64,000 nt of DNA from the human T2T-CHM13v2.0 reference genome, Homo sapiens. The first letter of the stretch is position 1; each line of letters begins with the position of its first letter. The stretch lies in the NCBI RefSeq assembly GCF_009914755.1, contig NC_060931.1; one strand, given 5' to 3'. Position numbers and translations under genes: made by a program. The notes beneath the pieces are model-generated. The model saw only the letters and a list, made by a program, of their open reading frames with translations, had not been told where the DNA came from and did no database searches. Shown here one piece after another: positions 60,926 through 64,000 of this stretch.

Positions 60926-62689
60926 CTAGAAAATGACAGTGTTTTCAATATATTAAATGTTAGTATTACTGATTAGCTTGAGTGCCTAGACTAAATCCTA
61001 GGGGAAAAAATGAAAGATAGCTATACTAGATTTATTAGGGAAAGCAATTTTCATAAAGGCAATGTATTTGATAAAGCAAAGCATATGGTCTAGCTGGCAA
61101 TTAATACAAGCCCTGTGGTGTGATATTTGCCTGTACGTGTGTGGCAAAACATCTTTCTCATATCACCCTATTACAATAAAATGCATTCGCAGCAAAAGTA
61201 AGTGCACTGTCAGCCTGGAAAAAGCCAATGATTGGTATCTCTGAATCCCTTTATGTATAGAAAATATCTTCTCTCTCCTTCCCCTTGAGCTTTTAGAGTC
61301 AGGGTTTTAAAAACAGCAGAAAAGAAATCCTCTTTGAAATTTCTTTTAAGCTGATTAGCTGACACTTAATGAGTATTAGATATTGCACTGGACGACAATA
61401 GGCATATATATATGTAGACATAACTTTCAGGTACTAAAAAACTCCACCTTCAAAACCAGCTCTTAAAGTATTTAAATATTTAACAGAACTGAGTACATTT
61501 GTCCAAATGATGCTTTCCTTAATATCACACAAGGCACTAGCATCCAACTTGTCCCTCCAAGTGCCCTAGACATGGTGCCAAGCAAATGCTGGCAGGCTCT
61601 TCTAAGCATACTCTTTCTAGGTATAGATCCATGAAATAGTGCCAGTTCAATGTGATGTGGCTTCTTGCAAATGCTCTTTTAATGCATTGTATTCCCCAAC
61701 AAATAATGTCTCATGTCTGGTATGTCAATTTCTTTCTACAACATGAGAATCTTTCAATCTATTCATTCTTGTTTATAAATGCAAACTTTGCATTATTCTA
61801 TTCACACATACACACCAAAAAGAAACATATACTAGTGCATTCCAAAATATGTTCCAATTATACTAATTTAGTCTTTTGGATCTATTCAAGTTTTTCAAAC
61901 ATTAGCTCTTACTGAACTCCTTCAAAATACAGTCACATTTTAAGACTGCAGGATTAGTTAAGTGCAAGGTCACATTGCAAAGTCAGTAGTACAGAGAGCA
62001 AAGATTCTCAGAATCACTGATCTCTCTTCCCTTTTAGTGACCTTAGACTTGCCCCCTTCTTCCTTCTCACCAAGCAAAAGACACTCTCACTTCCACAAGG
62101 GTCTCAATCCCACTATGTCCAATACTAATGAGGAGGGAGAGACCTTCATCTTAGTAACCTCATCACAAAAGAACAGAGGGGAACAAGTTCGTTATTATAG
62201 CAAAGGTCAACATAGGTCTTTATAGAAAACTAACATATATAAAGATGTAGCTCATCAGGGGTTGGAAAGGAAAGAGAACCAAATGTTTATAATCACCTGC
62301 ATTATCCTGCAGCTATTGAAGAAGAGAAAGTTGTCACCAATGCATCTACATTTTTAAATTCCTTTAGTCTCCTTTAAAGGTGCCTACCTCATTTTACATA
62401 GAAGTGTAAATTAATACAGAGAAGTGCTGAAATCATGAATGTAAGACTTAATGGATTCTACAAGCTAAATACACCTGACATTATTGTCCATATCAAGAAT
62501 CAAAACAATACCAGAATCTCTGTGCCTTTTTTTCCCTGTTTTGAACCATCACAGCTGTCCTGGGTACAAAGGAGTCAGTGCCAGGACATTTCTCATATTT
62601 CATTTATACAAGCTACTTATTACAGAGCAGCATACAGAACTTTTAGGGAATGTAACTTATACAACACTGAGCACAGAATATATCTAAAA

Positions 62690-63815
62690 TTTCTCCACTT
62701 CTCACCACCAGATACTGCTACCATTTCTAGCCCGGAATTTTGCAATAACCTCCCAACTTATAATCCCTGCTCTTGTCTTTCCCCTTCAGAAAATCTTCAA
62801 ACTAGCAGCTAGAGGGAACTTTTTAAAGTAGGCACTCCATCATGGCATTCAGATCGTATCATTCCCCCACTTATAGTAACATTTCTTGCTCTTGGCTGCA
62901 CATTGGGTAGCTTCAAAACCTACCATTGTCTGGAGCCACCCGCCAGAAATTCTGGTTTAATTGGTCTAGAGTATGTACTGAGCTCCACAGGTGATTCTAA
63001 TATCCAGACTTTGCTATGACCTCAAGGCCCAACATGAAGGCAAGTTACCTTTTTAATTTCAGCTCTTACTGTGCTCCCTCATTTAGACTATCTCAAATAC
63101 ACTGACCTCCTCTCTGTTCCATGAAGTCAACGGGCCCACCTCTGAACCACTACACTTGATGTTCCATATTTTTCTTCATTGCTTCTTTTCCTGTGACAGC
63201 TAGCTCCTTCACTTCCTTTACATCTTTTTAACTTTTAAGTTCAGGGTACAAGTGCAGGCTTGTTCCATAGGTAAACTTGCATTATGCAGGTTTGTTGCAT
63301 AGATTGTTTCATCACACAGGTATTAAGCCTGGCACCCACTAGTTGTTTTTGTTTATCCTTTCCCTCTTTCCACCCTCCACCTTCCAGAAGGCCCCAGTGT
63401 GTGTTGTTCCCCTTTGTGTGCCCATGTGTTCTCATCATTTAGCCCCCACTTATAAGGGAGAACATGCAATATTTGGTTTTCTCTTCCTGTGTTAGTTTGC
63501 TAAGGATAATGGTCTCCAGCTCCATCCATGTCCCTGCAAAGGATGGCTGCATAGTATTCCATGCTGTATATTTACCACATTTTCTTTATAATTCTAGTTC
63601 TCAGTGACACCTTCACTGGCTACCCCTGACATTTTATACCCCCCGTCCTGATTCATATTTTCAGCAATAATCACTATCCAACATACAATATATCTTCTTT
63701 ATTTATTTTGTTCCACCTGAAGAAGCCTGTTGGTTCAGGATGGTGCCCCTAACTCATGGAGCAATGCTATTACACAGCCGGAGCTCAAGAAATGTTTATT
63801 AAATAAACAAATGGC
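62690..63815 (+). mobile_element. L2 3' region, interrupted by a MER5-like piece (~62870-63010) and an L1PA
   Basis: tgcaataacctcccaact, acactgacctcctctctgttcc, gctcaagaaatgtttattaaataaacaaatg. Confidence 0.7.
63224..63589 (-). mobile_element. older L1PA (PA11-PA15-like) 3' end
   Basis: ttttaagttcagggtacaagtgcagg...catcacacaggtattaagcct...gctaaggataatgg. Confidence 0.9.
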
Positions 63816-64000
63816 ATTTTCAAGTAATGAAAACCCTGCTAAAGAACTTTGAGACAGCATCTAACAGCCAACATTGGAATATTCATTGTGATCATAAGCC
63901 TTAAGCACATTCTCAACCAAAACTGGCTAAATGAAAACAACCTAGATAAGAAGTTGCCATGTACAGCAAAATACAGATACACTGTCTGCACTTCATCCTT

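Noticed and set aside
61225-61235. Inverted double CCAAT (ccaatgattgg)
   Set aside because: Short palindrome with no CpG island or other promoter support.

Overview
AT-rich, CpG-depleted primate DNA (human or great ape, judged from AluY and L1PA2-type elements), intergenic or deep intronic. I found no host protein-coding exon, RNA gene or CpG island. The window is mostly interspersed repeats: L1, Alu, L2, MIR, MaLR/ERVL LTRs and hAT/Tigger DNA transposons. The only genuine coding sequence is decayed L1 ORF1/ORF2 and ERVL gag/pol/dUTPase. The best-supported highlight is a near full-length L1PA2/3 (7736-13269, minus) whose 5'UTR lacks exactly the +97/+622 intron, i.e. a spliced integrated retrotransposed element (SpIRE). 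It sits, with a 14-bp TSD, inside an older 5'-inverted L1PA4. The least explained signal is an ancient local duplicate at ~55.5 kb and ~60.4 kb (79% identical over 67 bp ungapped) in which both copies keep an NRF2/Maf ARE. Also notable: a three-family repeat composite bounded by a perfect 16-bp direct repeat, a (GGAA)15 microsatellite, a perfect 55-bp tandem duplication and a second twin-primed L1. Repeat subfamily names come from recalled consensus sequences, not a database search, and the boundaries of old repeats are approximate. I see no evidence for a wholly new biological system.
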